In this document: in pieces, positions 17,453-26,629 of the stretch
How the letters are laid out: each line of letters starts with the position of its first letter
Numbering within the stretch: position 1 is the first letter of the stretch
Assembly: GCA_964520995.1 (NCBI GenBank)
Contig: CAZFQM010000001.1
Location: forward strand, 1 to 32,388
Source of the DNA: an uncultured Oscillospiraceae bacterium
Lineage (GTDB): Bacteria; Bacillota; Clostridia; Oscillospirales; Ruminococcaceae
DNA length: 32,388 bases
Direction of reading: 5' to 3'
Program-made: the position numbers and the translations under genes
Notes under the pieces: model-generated
The model's input: the letters and a program-made list of their open reading frames with translations, nothing else
Databases searched by the model: none
Told to the model about the DNA's origin: nothing

Positions 17453-17560
17453 TGTCCGCAGGGCGTTGCGGCTTTCGAGCAAGCCACCTACTGCCGTGAT
17501 TCTTCTCCTGTCCCGCTTGAAAACCGATTTTCCCCGCCAAGTCGAAAGGAGTGACACTCA

Positions 17561-19723
17561 ATGGGCTTAACCGCTCATTCCTCGGGCAGCAACGCCGTTA
17601 CTGCCGAATTCGTGATTCAAAAAAAGCTTAATACCGATAAAATCATCGCGCTGGCAGGCAATCCCAACGTGGGGAAAAGCACGGTGTTTAATGCGCTGAC
17701 CGGCATGAAGCAGCACACGGGAAACTGGCCCGGAAAAACAGTCGCGACCGCACAGGGGCGATGTGAACACCGCCAAAAGGGGTATGTTTTGGTTGACCTC
17801 CCCGGTACATATTCGCTCGCCGCACATTCCGCCGAGGAGGAAGTGGCACGCGACTTCCTCTGCTTCGGGAAAGCGGATGCCGTCATTGTGGTCTGCGATG
17901 CCACCTGCCTGGAGCGCAATCTCAATTTGGTGCTGCAAATCACCGAAATCACGCCACGAGTCGTGGTCTGTGTCAATTTAATGGATGAAGCAAAGAAAAA
18001 GCAGATCAAAATTGATATTGCACGGTTATCCGAAAATTTGGGCGTACCTGTCGTCGGCACCGATGCCAGAAGCCGCAAGGGCTTGAACGAGCTGATGGAT
18101 GCCGCAGAGCAGGTCATTTGTCAAGCGCCTCCCACTCCGCCGCCGATTCGATATCTCAAGCCGCTCGAAGAGGCTGTTGCAGAAATATCGGACGCCTTGA
18201 CTAACCTCAATTGCAGGCGCTTAACCAAGCGCTTTATCTCACTCAAGCTATTGGAGCAGGATGAGACGATGCTTACCCCCTTATCCGATTATCTCGGTGA
18301 AAATCTATCGGAGCGTCCGCGTGTTGCGGCGGCGGTAACCGCTTATCGAGAAAAGCTCGCAGACAGCAGCTCCCCCGAAAAAAAGCCAACCGACCTCATT
18401 GCCTCCTGCGTCGTTCTTCATGCCGAGGAGGTCTGCGGTGACGCCGTGTGCTTTGAAAAAAGCAATTACCGTGCATTCGACCGCAGGCTGGATCATTGGT
18501 TAGTCGGAAAGCGAACCGCATTTCCCCTCATGCTGCTTCTGCTTGCCGCCGTTTTTTGGCTCACCATGGTCGGTGCCAACTACCCGTCTCAGCTTCTTTC
18601 CTCCGGTTTGTTTTGGGTGGAGGATCAGCTGACCGAGATATGCAATCAAATCGGTGTTCCCACATGGCTTCACGGCGCGCTGGTACTCGGCGTTTACCGC
18701 GTTTTGGCATGGGTGGTCTCGGTCATGCTGCCGCCGATGGCAATCTTCTTCCCGCTCTTCACCCTACTGGAGGATTTCGGTTACCTCCCTCGCGTCGCCT
18801 TTAATCTGGACAAATGCTTCCGAAAAGCCGACACCTGCGGCAAGCAAGCCTTAACCATGTGCATGGGCTTCGGATGCAACGCAGCAGGCGTGGTCGGTTG
18901 TCGAATCATTGACTCACCGCGGGAACGGCTGATTGCCGCCTTGACCAACTGCTTTGTTCCCTGCAACGGCAAATTTCCCACCTTGATTGCAATCATTACC
19001 ATGTTTTTTACTCTCGGCGGTCTTTCCGATTCCTCCGACGGCGCAGCGACAGCTCTACGCTCGGCAGGTGCGACTTTACTCCTACTCGGCGTAATCATGG
19101 TCGGCATCTTTCTGACCTTTTGGGTCTCACGGTTCCTCTCCAAGACTATTTTAAAAGGAATCCCCTCCTCCTTTACGCTGGAGCTACCGCCCTATCGACG
19201 TCCACAGGTCGGAAAGGTTCTTCTACGCTCCGTCCTTGACCGCACGCTGTTTGTACTCGGCAGGGCGGTGGCAATTGCGGCACCGGCGGGTTTGCTCATT
19301 TGGCTCATGGCGAATATTTCGATAGGAGATGCTTCTTTACTGACGCACTGTGCCGACTTTCTTGACCCGTTTGCCCGCCTCATCGGATTGGACGGTGTGA
19401 TTCTAATCGCCTTTATTTTAGGCTTTCCCGCAAACGAAATCGTAATCCCCATCATGATCATGACCTACATGGCACAGGGCAGCTTGACCGATTTTCAAAG
19501 TCTCTCCGAGCTAAAAGCTCTACTGGTTGACAACGGCTGGACATGGGTCACTGCGCTCTGCACCATGCTGTTTTCCCTAGTGCACTGGCCCTGCTCCACT
19601 ACCTGTCTCACCATCAAAAAGGAGACGCAAAGTCTGAAATGGACCTTACTCGGCGCTTTTCTCCCGACCGTCATCGGGGTACTACTCTGCTTTTGTGTTG
19701 CCAATCTCTGCCGTCTTTTCTAG
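17561..19723 (+). CDS. feoB: Ferrous iron transporter B (FeoB)
   Basis: The N-terminal G-domain has GNPNVGKSTVFNALTG and DLPG, followed by a polytopic permease domain. Total length is 720 aa. Confidence 0.95.
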   Translation: MGLTAHSSGSNAVTAEFVIQKKLNTDKIIALAGNPNVGKSTVFNALTGMKQHTGNWPGKTVATAQGRCEHRQKGYVLVDLPGTYSLAAHSAEEEVARDFLCFGKADAVIVVCDATCLERNLNLVLQITEITPRVVVCVNLMDEAKKKQIKIDIARLSENLGVPVVGTDARSRKGLNELMDAAEQVICQAPPTPPPIRYLKPLEEAVAEISDALTNLNCRRLTKRFISLKLLEQDETMLTPLSDYLGENLSERPRVAAAVTAYREKLADSSSPEKKPTDLIASCVVLHAEEVCGDAVCFEKSNYRAFDRRLDHWLVGKRTAFPLMLLLLAAVFWLTMVGANYPSQLLSSGLFWVEDQLTEICNQIGVPTWLHGALVLGVYRVLAWVVSVMLPPMAIFFPLFTLLEDFGYLPRVAFNLDKCFRKADTCGKQALTMCMGFGCNAAGVVGCRIIDSPRERLIAALTNCFVPCNGKFPTLIAIITMFFTLGGLSDSSDGAATALRSAGATLLLLGVIMVGIFLTFWVSRFLSKTILKGIPSSFTLELPPYRRPQVGKVLLRSVLDRTLFVLGRAVAIAAPAGLLIWLMANISIGDASLLTHCADFLDPFARLIGLDGVILIAFILGFPANEIVIPIMIMTYMAQGSLTDFQSLSELKALLVDNGWTWVTALCTMLFSLVHWPCSTTCLTIKKETQSLKWTLLGAFLPTVIGVLLCFCVANLCRLF

Positions 19724-19810
19724 CAGGGGATAATCCCCTGCACCCTAATTCGCGAACTGAGTAGGGGGAAAGGAATGGCATTTCTGCCCGCGTTTACAAG
19801 CAGGCTTAGT
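19722..19810 (+). repeat. Copy B of the 89-nt repeated element
   Basis: It begins inside the feoB TAG stop codon. See copy A for the alignment. Confidence 0.8.
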
Positions 19811-19895
19811 GACATAATACCCTCTCCGAGAAAGAAACAAAAGGCGGGGATGCTTTTAAACCAAGCGTTACCTATGACCGAGAGGGGGAAGACAG

Positions 19896-19947
19896 CTACA
19901 GGGAGAGAAGTCCTCGCATACCTCTCTCCCTGTAGCTTTTGTTTTTT
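19896..19947 (+). terminator. Rho-independent terminator downstream of feoB and repeat copy B
   Basis: CTACAGGGAGAGA-14 nt-TCTCTCCCTGTAG forms a perfect 13-bp stem followed by CTTTTGTTTTTT. Confidence 0.75.
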
Positions 19948-19959
19948 ATCTTCGTCTGT

Positions 19960-21150
19960 TTATTCCGATACCATTTCATTATAGGGGGCGAATTCCCCCG
20001 AAAAAAGAGCCGCTAAAACTCCGCAAACACTGCCGAACAACGGTGCTTCGGTGCCGAAGGAGGAGGGGAAAATCTCCACTTTCTTATATCCGGAGGAGAA
20101 GATACTCAAATTGATTTCATCCGACAGCCGCTCCAGATACCTCTGCGGCAGATAGCTTCCCTCATGCCCGATGATAATCATATCGGTATCCAACAAATTG
20201 ATCATATCGGTCAGCGCAAAGGCAAGCCGATCCACCATATCCTCAAAAATCGGAATGGCACGCCAATCATCCGCCACCGTCTCCAGCTGTGCGGCGGTCA
20301 GCGAGGGCATATCGCAGGCTTTGCGAAGCCGCTTGAGAACCACCGGCATTCCGGCGTAGGTTTCCAGACACCCTCTCCTACCGCAGTTACAAACGGGACC
20401 GCTCATATCAACGGACAAATGCCCGATTTCTCCCGCTGTATCGCGGCTATCCCGAAACAGCTGTCCCTCCGAGATGATCCCCGAGCCGATTCCGTTGGTG
20501 ATTCCAAGATAGATAAAATTATCGACCTCTTTACGGCTCCCGAACAGCTTTTCCGCCAGCGCGGCGGCTTTCATATCATTATGCAAAAATACCGGCAGGT
20601 CGTACCATTCCTTCAGCAGGCGGACAATGGGAAAATTGCGAATCCCGAAGAAATTCCGCGGGTTCAGCAACAAGCCCGCGCGGGTATCCAACAAGCCGAT
20701 TGCCGAAATGCCGATGGCGAGAATCTGCCTCGTTTGTGCGTCAAGCATTTCCTTGGTCAGCTCCCGCAGCTTATCCCGCAGGCTTTCCGCCGTTTCATCC
20801 CGCAGCGGTACCGAACGACGATATTTTTCTTGCAGCTTCAAATCGGTGCAGATGACCGAGAGAGAGTCACGGGAAAGATACACCCCTGCTACCAGCGGCG
20901 CCTGCGGGGCACTATCCAGCAAAACCGGATTCCTGCCCGCTCCGGAAACCTGAGCCGCTCGGGTCTCAACCAGATAACCGTATTCTATCAGCTCGGTCAC
21001 AATATTGCTAATCGCCATTTTAGTCAAGCCGATACTGTTGGCAATCGTATTGCGGGACAAGCCGCTTTCCGCTGAAACCATCTTCAACACCAGGCCGCGA
21101 TTGGTTTGTTTAATATCGGAGTAATTGATTCCTTTTCCGGTTGACATCAT
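19960..21150 (-). CDS. ROK-family transcriptional regulator (NagC/XylR-like)
   Basis: It has an N-terminal winged-HTH (IKQTNRGLVLKMV...TIANSIGLTKMAISNIVTELIE). The ROK sugar-kinase-like body carries GEIGH and the CNCGRRGCLE zinc motif. Confidence 0.88.
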   Translation of the reverse strand: MMSTGKGINYSDIKQTNRGLVLKMVSAESGLSRNTIANSIGLTKMAISNIVTELIEYGYLVETRAAQVSGAGRNPVLLDSAPQAPLVAGVYLSRDSLSVICTDLKLQEKYRRSVPLRDETAESLRDKLRELTKEMLDAQTRQILAIGISAIGLLDTRAGLLLNPRNFFGIRNFPIVRLLKEWYDLPVFLHNDMKAAALAEKLFGSRKEVDNFIYLGITNGIGSGIISEGQLFRDSRDTAGEIGHLSVDMSGPVCNCGRRGCLETYAGMPVVLKRLRKACDMPSLTAAQLETVADDWRAIPIFEDMVDRLAFALTDMINLLDTDMIIIGHEGSYLPQRYLERLSDEINLSIFSSGYKKVEIFPSSFGTEAPLFGSVCGVLAALFSGEFAPYNEMVSE

Positions 21151-21232
21151 GCACACTATTCCTTTTATCTTTGTTTCGGTTTTTTCGCCTATATTCTCCT
21201 GCCGAAAAAAGCAGATTTTTTTTCGAATATAC

Positions 21233-21262
21233 TTGACAATCCGATTGCTTCTATTATATAAT
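21233..21262 (+). promoter_or_regulatory. Sigma-A-type promoter of the kinase-isomerase-aldolase operon
   Basis: TTGACA, an 18-nt spacer, then TATAAT. AT-rich dyads (TTACattaGTAA, CAAATTTG) follow between the -10 and the RBS and are candidate ROK operators. Confidence 0.55.
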
Positions 21263-21330
21263 AATTACATTAGTAAAGTCAATTTACAAATTTGAATTCG
21301 ATTCATGATACAGAAAGGAAGGATCATTGC

Positions 21331-22275
21331 ATGAAAAAAGTTTTATGTGTCGGAAGTGTTACAACCGATGTCATTGTAAAACCGGTGGACCAGGTTCCTA
21401 CCCCGGGCGAATTGTGGTCGGTGGACAGCGTTTCCACTCACGTGGGAGGATGTGCCTCCAATGCGGCAATTGATTTGGCAAAGCTGGGCGTTCCGGTTAC
21501 CTTGTCCTGCAAGGTCGGAAAGGACAGCTTCGGTGACTTTGTCATCAAAACCTCAAAGGAAAACGGCGTAAACACCGACGGCATCGTTGTGGATGAGAAC
21601 GTGGCAACTACGGTTTCCATTGTCTGCATCAACTCCTCGGGAGAGCGCAGCTTTTTATATTACCCCGGCTCTGCGGCGGTATTCCATTTGGAGGATGTGA
21701 CCGACGAGCTGATTGATTCGGTGGACATCGTCTTTGTTGCGGGTGCAATGCTGTTGACCGAATTTGACGGAAATCCCTGCGCGGAGCTGATGAAAAAAGC
21801 GCGCGCAAAGGGCAAAATGACCATCATGGACACCGCTTGGGATTTCGAAAACAAGTGGCTGCCGAAAATCGAAGCGGTTATCCCGCATCTGGATCTGTTT
21901 ATGCCGAGCTACGAAGAAGCGGCAAAGCTGTCGGGAGAAACCGAGGTTCCGAAAATCGCGAAATTTTTCTTGGACATGGGTGCGAAGAGCGTTATCGTCA
22001 AGGTCGGAAAGGACGGCGCCTTTATCCATGAGCCGAACGGCGAGGAATACATCCTGCCGACCTATTTAAAGTACAAGCCGGTTGACTCGACCGGAGCGGG
22101 AGATTCTTTCTGCGCAGGCTTTATCGCAGGCCTGGCACAGGGCTGGGATTACCGCGAATCGGGACGCTTCGCAAACGCGGTCGGCACCCATTGCATCCTG
22201 GAAATCGGTGCTTCCACCGGAATTGTACCGATCCCGCAAATCTTAAAATTTATGGAAGAGAATCCGCTTGATTGA
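21331..22275 (+). CDS. PfkB-family carbohydrate kinase
   Basis: MKKVLCVGSVTTDVIV..., a GG motif, and DSTGAGDSFCAGFIAG (the PfkB signature 2 region). AAAGGAAGGA lies upstream of the ATG at 21331. Confidence 0.85.
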   Translation: MKKVLCVGSVTTDVIVKPVDQVPTPGELWSVDSVSTHVGGCASNAAIDLAKLGVPVTLSCKVGKDSFGDFVIKTSKENGVNTDGIVVDENVATTVSIVCINSSGERSFLYYPGSAAVFHLEDVTDELIDSVDIVFVAGAMLLTEFDGNPCAELMKKARAKGKMTIMDTAWDFENKWLPKIEAVIPHLDLFMPSYEEAAKLSGETEVPKIAKFFLDMGAKSVIVKVGKDGAFIHEPNGEEYILPTYLKYKPVDSTGAGDSFCAGFIAGLAQGWDYRESGRFANAVGTHCILEIGASTGIVPIPQILKFMEENPLD

Positions 22276-22294
22276 TTAGGAAGGAATGATTGTG

Positions 22295-22837
22295 ATGAAA
22301 AAGGAAATTTACGAGCAATGCCGTCAACGCGCATTGGAATTCTATGAAAAGGCACATATCGTTTTGACTCCGCAGGAAAAAGCCAATCTGGAGGTTGCCG
22401 ATTTCGGATTGAACGATGTGGAAAACACCGGCTTGGAAATCATCACCTACGTTAACACCGAAAAGTGTTGTGCAAAGGAAATGGTGCTCTTCCCCCATCA
22501 GACCTGCCCCGAGCATCGTCATAAGCCGTTGGGCGATTATCCCGGAAAGGAAGAAACCTTTCGGGTTCGCTACGGAACCGTATATCTGTATGTAGAGGGT
22601 GACCCGGTTGCCACTCCCGCCGTACAGCCGCCGGCAGGAAGCAAGGATTTTTACACCGTATGGCATGAAATCGTTTTACAGCCCGGTGAACAATACACCT
22701 TATATCCGAACACCAAGCACTGGTTCCAGGCGGGCAGTGAGGGCGCTGTTGTCTCCGAATTCAGCACCAAGAGCTACGACGAGTACGACATCTTCACCGA
22801 CCCGAACATCCAAAGAATCCCCGAAATTGAAGAATAA
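22295..22837 (+). CDS. D-lyxose/D-mannose-isomerase-like cupin
   Basis: The roughly 180-aa cupin reads ...IVLTPQEKANLEVADFGL...KEMVLFPHQTCPEHRH..., resembling YdaE-type lyxose ketol-isomerases. The ATG at 22295 is better spaced from AGGAAGGA than the one at 22286. Confidence 0.75.
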   Translation: MKKEIYEQCRQRALEFYEKAHIVLTPQEKANLEVADFGLNDVENTGLEIITYVNTEKCCAKEMVLFPHQTCPEHRHKPLGDYPGKEETFRVRYGTVYLYVEGDPVATPAVQPPAGSKDFYTVWHEIVLQPGEQYTLYPNTKHWFQAGSEGAVVSEFSTKSYDEYDIFTDPNIQRIPEIEE

Positions 22838-22878
22838 CTTCCCGAAAATGCACTTTATCCGGAAAGGCAGGATTAAAA

Positions 22879-23724
22879 ATGTTAGTAAATTTAAATGACG
22901 TATTATTGGATGCCAAAAAAGGAAAATATGCGGTAGGCTTGTTCAACACCGTTAACCTGGAAATGGCAAAGGGCGTTATCGGCGCCGCAGAAGAGCTTCA
23001 CTCCCCCGTTATCATCGGAACCGCTGAGGTACTGACCTGCTACTCTACCATTGATGAGCTGGCTTACTTCCTGATTCCGATGGCGAAAAAGGCAAAGGTT
23101 CCGGTCGTGCTCCATTTCGACCACGGCTATTCCGAGGATTTAATCAAAAAAGCAATTCGTTACGGATTTACATCGGTAATGTATGACTGCTCGACCATGT
23201 CCTTTGAGGACAACATTTCGGCAGTTGCGAGAATGGTAAAATACTGCCATCTCAGAAATGTTACGGTTGAGGGCGAATTGGGTCACGTCGGCGCAAATGA
23301 GGGCGGCTCCGCGGAGGGAAATGATACCGGTTCCATCTACACCGACCCGTTTGAAGCACAGACCTTTGCAGAGCGCACCGGTGTAGATGCGCTGGCTATC
23401 GCGGTCGGCACGGCGCACGGTGCATACAAGAGCAAGCCGAAGCTGGACTTTGAGCGAATGACTACCATTTCCAACATCGTAAAAGCACCTCTGGTACTGC
23501 ACGGCGGTTCCGGCTTATCGGATGATGACTTCAAGAACTCGATTGCACATGGTATCTCCAAGGTAAACATCTTTACCGACATCAACGCGGCAAGTGCACA
23601 AGCGGCGGCGGCTACCTACATGGTAAACACCGGTATGACCGACATGATGCCGAAGATCATCCAAGCAATCAAGGATTCCGCAATGGAAAAAATGCGGATA
23701 TTCGGCAGCGTCAACCATGGCTAA
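22879..23724 (+). CDS. Class II ketose-(bis)phosphate aldolase (FBA/GatY/KbaY family)
   Basis: The motifs HFDHG, GELGHVG, AVGTAHGAYK and LVLHGGSG are present. Confidence 0.9.
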   Translation: MLVNLNDVLLDAKKGKYAVGLFNTVNLEMAKGVIGAAEELHSPVIIGTAEVLTCYSTIDELAYFLIPMAKKAKVPVVLHFDHGYSEDLIKKAIRYGFTSVMYDCSTMSFEDNISAVARMVKYCHLRNVTVEGELGHVGANEGGSAEGNDTGSIYTDPFEAQTFAERTGVDALAIAVGTAHGAYKSKPKLDFERMTTISNIVKAPLVLHGGSGLSDDDFKNSIAHGISKVNIFTDINAASAQAAAATYMVNTGMTDMMPKIIQAIKDSAMEKMRIFGSVNHG

Positions 23725-23751
23725 GCCGACCTCCTCCATCGCACATGATGC

Positions 23752-23788
23752 AAACCCCGTTGCCGACTTACTTGGCAACGGGGTTTTT
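23752..23788 (+). terminator. Rho-independent terminator after the aldolase gene
   Basis: AAACCCCGTTGCC-9 nt-GGCAACGGGGTTT followed by a T-run. Confidence 0.8.
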
Positions 23789-23890
23789 CAGCTCGTCGAA
23801 AGCTTTATATAAAGAATAAAAAAGCGAGAGCGTTTCGCATTACCGAAACACACAAAAGAAAACATTATGGAAAATGAGACCACTAAATCA

Positions 23891-23932
23891 AAATAGGCGA
23901 CATTCAACGGTTGTTGGATGTCGCCTACTTTT
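23891..23932. terminator. Bidirectional hairpin terminator downstream of the alcohol dehydrogenase gene
   Basis: AAAATAGGCGACAT-loop-ATGTCGCCTACTTTTT. A second minus-strand hairpin with a T-run (GCGAAACGCTCTCGC plus T6) lies near 23826-23842. Confidence 0.6.
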
Positions 23933-23971
23933 TATGCTATGTAGCTTTTCAAAAAGAGTTTCTTACACAGA

Positions 23972-25153
23972 TTAGAACTCAACCTTTGTTCCGTAATAGG
24001 TGCAGGTCAACAATTTCTCCATCTCAGCCGGAGTGATTGCTCTCGGGTTGGAGCCGGTGCAAGCATCGCCGACAGCAAGCTCTGCAATCTGCGCCAATTT
24101 CTCGTTGAACTCTTTTTCCTCTACGCCGAACTCTTTCAGGGTTTTCGGAATGTTCAGCTTAACATTGTACTCGTCGATCTTCGCGATCAAAGCATCTACC
24201 AGCTCAGCATCGGTTGCGCCGTTCAGACCTACTGCACGTGCGATATCTGCATAACGCTTCATTGCGGTAGCATCCTTTGCGTTGTATTGGATAACATAAG
24301 GCAGATAGATTGCGTTTGCACAGCCGTGCGGAATATGACCTGTGCTGAAAGCAGCTCCGGTCTTATGTGCCATGGAGTGAACGATACCCAACAGAGCGTT
24401 GGAGAATGCCATACCTGCCAGACATTGTGCATAGTGCATCTGCTCTCTTGCGCCCATGTCGCCGTTGTAGGAATCCGGCAGATAATCAAATACCATCTCG
24501 ATTGCCTTTAATGCAAGCGGATCGGTGAAGGGAGAATTCAAGGTGGATACATAAGCCTCGATTGCATGGGTCAAAGCGTCCATACCGGTGTGTGCAGTCA
24601 GCTTAGCGGGCATGGTCTCTGCCAGATCGGGATCCACGATTGCGATATCGGGGGTGATGTTAAAGTCAGCCAGCGGATATTTTACACCCTTCTGGTAATC
24701 GGTGATAACCGAGAACGCAGTAACCTCGGTTGCGGTTCCGGAGGTAGACGGAATTGCAAGAAATTTTGCTTTTTGACGCAGGGTCGGGAAAGCAAACGGA
24801 GTAATCAAATCCTCAAATTTGGTGTCGGGGTACTCATAGAACGCCCACATCGCTTTTGCAGCATCAATCGGAGAACCGCCGCCCATTGCAACGATCCAAT
24901 CGGGCTCAAACTCCCGCATTGCCGCAGCACCTTTCATAACGGTCTCTACAGACGGGTCGGGCTCTACACCCTCAAACAATCTGGTCTCGATTCCAGCCTC
25001 TTTCAGGTTCTCTACAGCACGATCCAGAAAACCAAAACGCTTCATCGAGCCGCCGCCGACTACAATGATTGCTTTCTTTCCGGATAAATTCTTTAATTCA
25101 TCCAATGTGCCTTTGCCAAAATAGATGTCTCTCGGTAACGTAAATCTTGCCAT
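23972..25153 (-). CDS. Iron-containing (group III) alcohol dehydrogenase, FucO/butanol-dehydrogenase-like
   Basis: It carries the GGGS nucleotide loops (VVGGGSMKRF and AMGGGSPIDAAK) and His-rich metal-binding segments (HAIEA, HSMAH). Confidence 0.9.
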   Translation of the reverse strand: MARFTLPRDIYFGKGTLDELKNLSGKKAIIVVGGGSMKRFGFLDRAVENLKEAGIETRLFEGVEPDPSVETVMKGAAAMREFEPDWIVAMGGGSPIDAAKAMWAFYEYPDTKFEDLITPFAFPTLRQKAKFLAIPSTSGTATEVTAFSVITDYQKGVKYPLADFNITPDIAIVDPDLAETMPAKLTAHTGMDALTHAIEAYVSTLNSPFTDPLALKAIEMVFDYLPDSYNGDMGAREQMHYAQCLAGMAFSNALLGIVHSMAHKTGAAFSTGHIPHGCANAIYLPYVIQYNAKDATAMKRYADIARAVGLNGATDAELVDALIAKIDEYNVKLNIPKTLKEFGVEEKEFNEKLAQIAELAVGDACTGSNPRAITPAEMEKLLTCTYYGTKVEF

Positions 25154-25248
25154 AACAATATCTTCCTTTCATTTCAGCCGGGTGCTTCTTTGGACGAAAG
25201 CTCGTCCTCCGAAGCAATCGGTTGTTAAATATTTATCAAACTGATTCT

Positions 25249-25277
25249 ATTATAAGGCTTATGTAATGAAAAGTCAA
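25249..25277 (-). promoter_or_regulatory. Near-consensus sigma-A promoter of the alcohol dehydrogenase gene
   Basis: The minus strand reads TTGACT, a 17-nt spacer, then TATAAT. Confidence 0.65.
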
Positions 25278-25331
25278 TACATCAATTGTATTTTTTATGT
25301 TAACAGTATATCACAAAAGTTTTGAGTCGAT

Positions 25332-25367
25332 AAAAAACACGCCGAAAACAAAAGTATCGGCGTGTTT
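25332..25367 (-). terminator. Rho-independent terminator after the YebC-family gene
   Basis: The minus strand reads AAACACGCCGA-loop-TCGGCGTGTTTTTT. Confidence 0.8.
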
Positions 25368-25376
25368 ATAGTTTTC

Positions 25377-26117
25377 TTATTCGGGCAGATCCTCTTCGTT
25401 TTCCAGATTATGCCATACATTCTGGACGTCGTCGTTATCCTCCAACGCATCCAGCAAGCGCCCCATCTTGACCAGGCTATCCGGCTCCTCCAGGCGGGTA
25501 TAGGTCGCGGGAACCTGTGCCGCCTCTGCCGAGCTGATGCTGTAACCCATCTGCTCCAGCGCCTCTCTGACATTATGCAGTCTTGCGGTATCGGTGGAAA
25601 TCTCCAGCACGCCGTCCTCCAGCTTATAATCGTCGGCGCCTGCCTCCATGACATCATCCATAACCTTTTCCTCGTCCAAGCCGTCATCCTCGACCAGGAT
25701 AATTCCCTTTTGCGAGAACATAAAGGAAACACAGCCGGGGGTGCCCAGATTGCCGCCGATTTTATCTAAATAGTGACGTACATCCGATGCGGTACGATTG
25801 CGGTTATCGGTGAGGCACTCTACAATCAAAGCAACACCATTCGGACCGTAGCCCTCATAAACAATGCTCTCGTAATCGTTTTTATCCTGACCGCCCGCAG
25901 CCTTTTTGATAACACGGTCGATATTGTCGTTGGGCACGTTATTGGATTTTGCTTTCGCAATCAAATCGCGCAGCTTACTGTTTACAGCGGGGTCGGGGCC
26001 TCCTTCACGAACGGCAACCGTCATTTCGCGCCCGATCTTTGTGAAAACCTTTGCACGCTCTGCATCGGTTTTTCCTTTTTTGCGTTTGATGGTACTCCAT
26101 TTGGAATGTCCTGACAT
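25377..26117 (-). CDS. YebC/PmpR-family DNA-binding regulatory protein
   Basis: MSGHSKWSTIKRKKGKTDAERAKVFTKIGREM... is the hallmark N-terminus. Length is 246 aa. Confidence 0.95.
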   Translation of the reverse strand: MSGHSKWSTIKRKKGKTDAERAKVFTKIGREMTVAVREGGPDPAVNSKLRDLIAKAKSNNVPNDNIDRVIKKAAGGQDKNDYESIVYEGYGPNGVALIVECLTDNRNRTASDVRHYLDKIGGNLGTPGCVSFMFSQKGIILVEDDGLDEEKVMDDVMEAGADDYKLEDGVLEISTDTARLHNVREALEQMGYSISSAEAAQVPATYTRLEEPDSLVKMGRLLDALEDNDDVQNVWHNLENEEDLPE

Positions 26118-26291
26118 GAAAATCTTCCTTTCAAAGCTTACTGTTTCAGACAGCCCGCTTTTTCAAAGGCGGACAAGGTCTGATAAATCAACACTTTTTT
26201 CGTACCGCAATCGGCGCGAAAAATTTTATGGTAAACGGCAACCCGATATTTTCTGAAAAATGCAGGCATATCCGTAAACTCGTTCCATATA

Positions 26292-26320
26292 ATAATACCG
26301 CGGAATCAAGCTTCCGTCAA
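26292..26320 (-). promoter_or_regulatory. Candidate sigma-A promoter for the YebC-family gene
   Basis: The minus strand reads TTGACG, a 17-nt spacer, then TATTAT. This implies a leader of about 165 nt. Confidence 0.45.
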
Positions 26321-26357
26321 TAAAAAAACGAAAAATCAAGACACCTTTCTTGATTTT
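26321..26357 (-). terminator. Strong minus-strand hairpin terminator
   Basis: The minus strand reads AAAATCAAGA-AAGGTG-TCTTGATTTTTCGTTTTTTT. Confidence 0.6.
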
Positions 26358-26421
26358 CTCAAGCGATTCTCCGAAAACAGGAGCAAATCGCAAACACCGT
26401 TAAAAAGGAGGGCGAACAAGC

Positions 26422-26568
26422 ATGGCAAAAAGAAATCGAACGCAAGCCGAAAACAAAAAGCAACAGCCACAAACCGACAATGAGCAAATGCGGCAAGCTC
26501 AACCGCAGGATCGGTTCTCGAATCAGCAAAGCAACAAACAGCAACAACACGAAAACGAATACAAATAG
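26422..26568 (+). CDS. Unlisted 48-aa Q/N/K/E-rich hydrophilic small protein (candidate)
   Basis: My translation is MAKRNRTQAENKKQQPQTDNEQMRQAQPQDRFSNQQSNKQQQHENEYK. AAAGGAGGG lies about 9-10 nt upstream of the ATG. A hairpin at 26611-26635 with a T-run follows. Confidence 0.4.
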   Translation: MAKRNRTQAENKKQQPQTDNEQMRQAQPQDRFSNQQSNKQQQHENEYK

Positions 26569-26629
26569 GGTGAAACATCCGCAAGAACGTTTTTCTCCTG
26601 CAATCCGAATCGGCAGTCGATATAATCGG

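Noticed and set aside
16585-19810. The repeat-flanked XRE-feoAB segment as a bona fide mobile element (IS, transposon or integrative island).
   Set aside because: There is no transposase, integrase or recombinase ORF. There are no terminal inverted repeats at the two ends and no obvious target-site duplication. It is kept only as a hypothesis of past recombination.
19775-19984. A 69-aa plus-strand ORF downstream of feoB.
   Set aside because: It starts inside repeat copy B, runs through the 13-bp terminator stem and has no RBS. It is a by-product of non-coding sequence.
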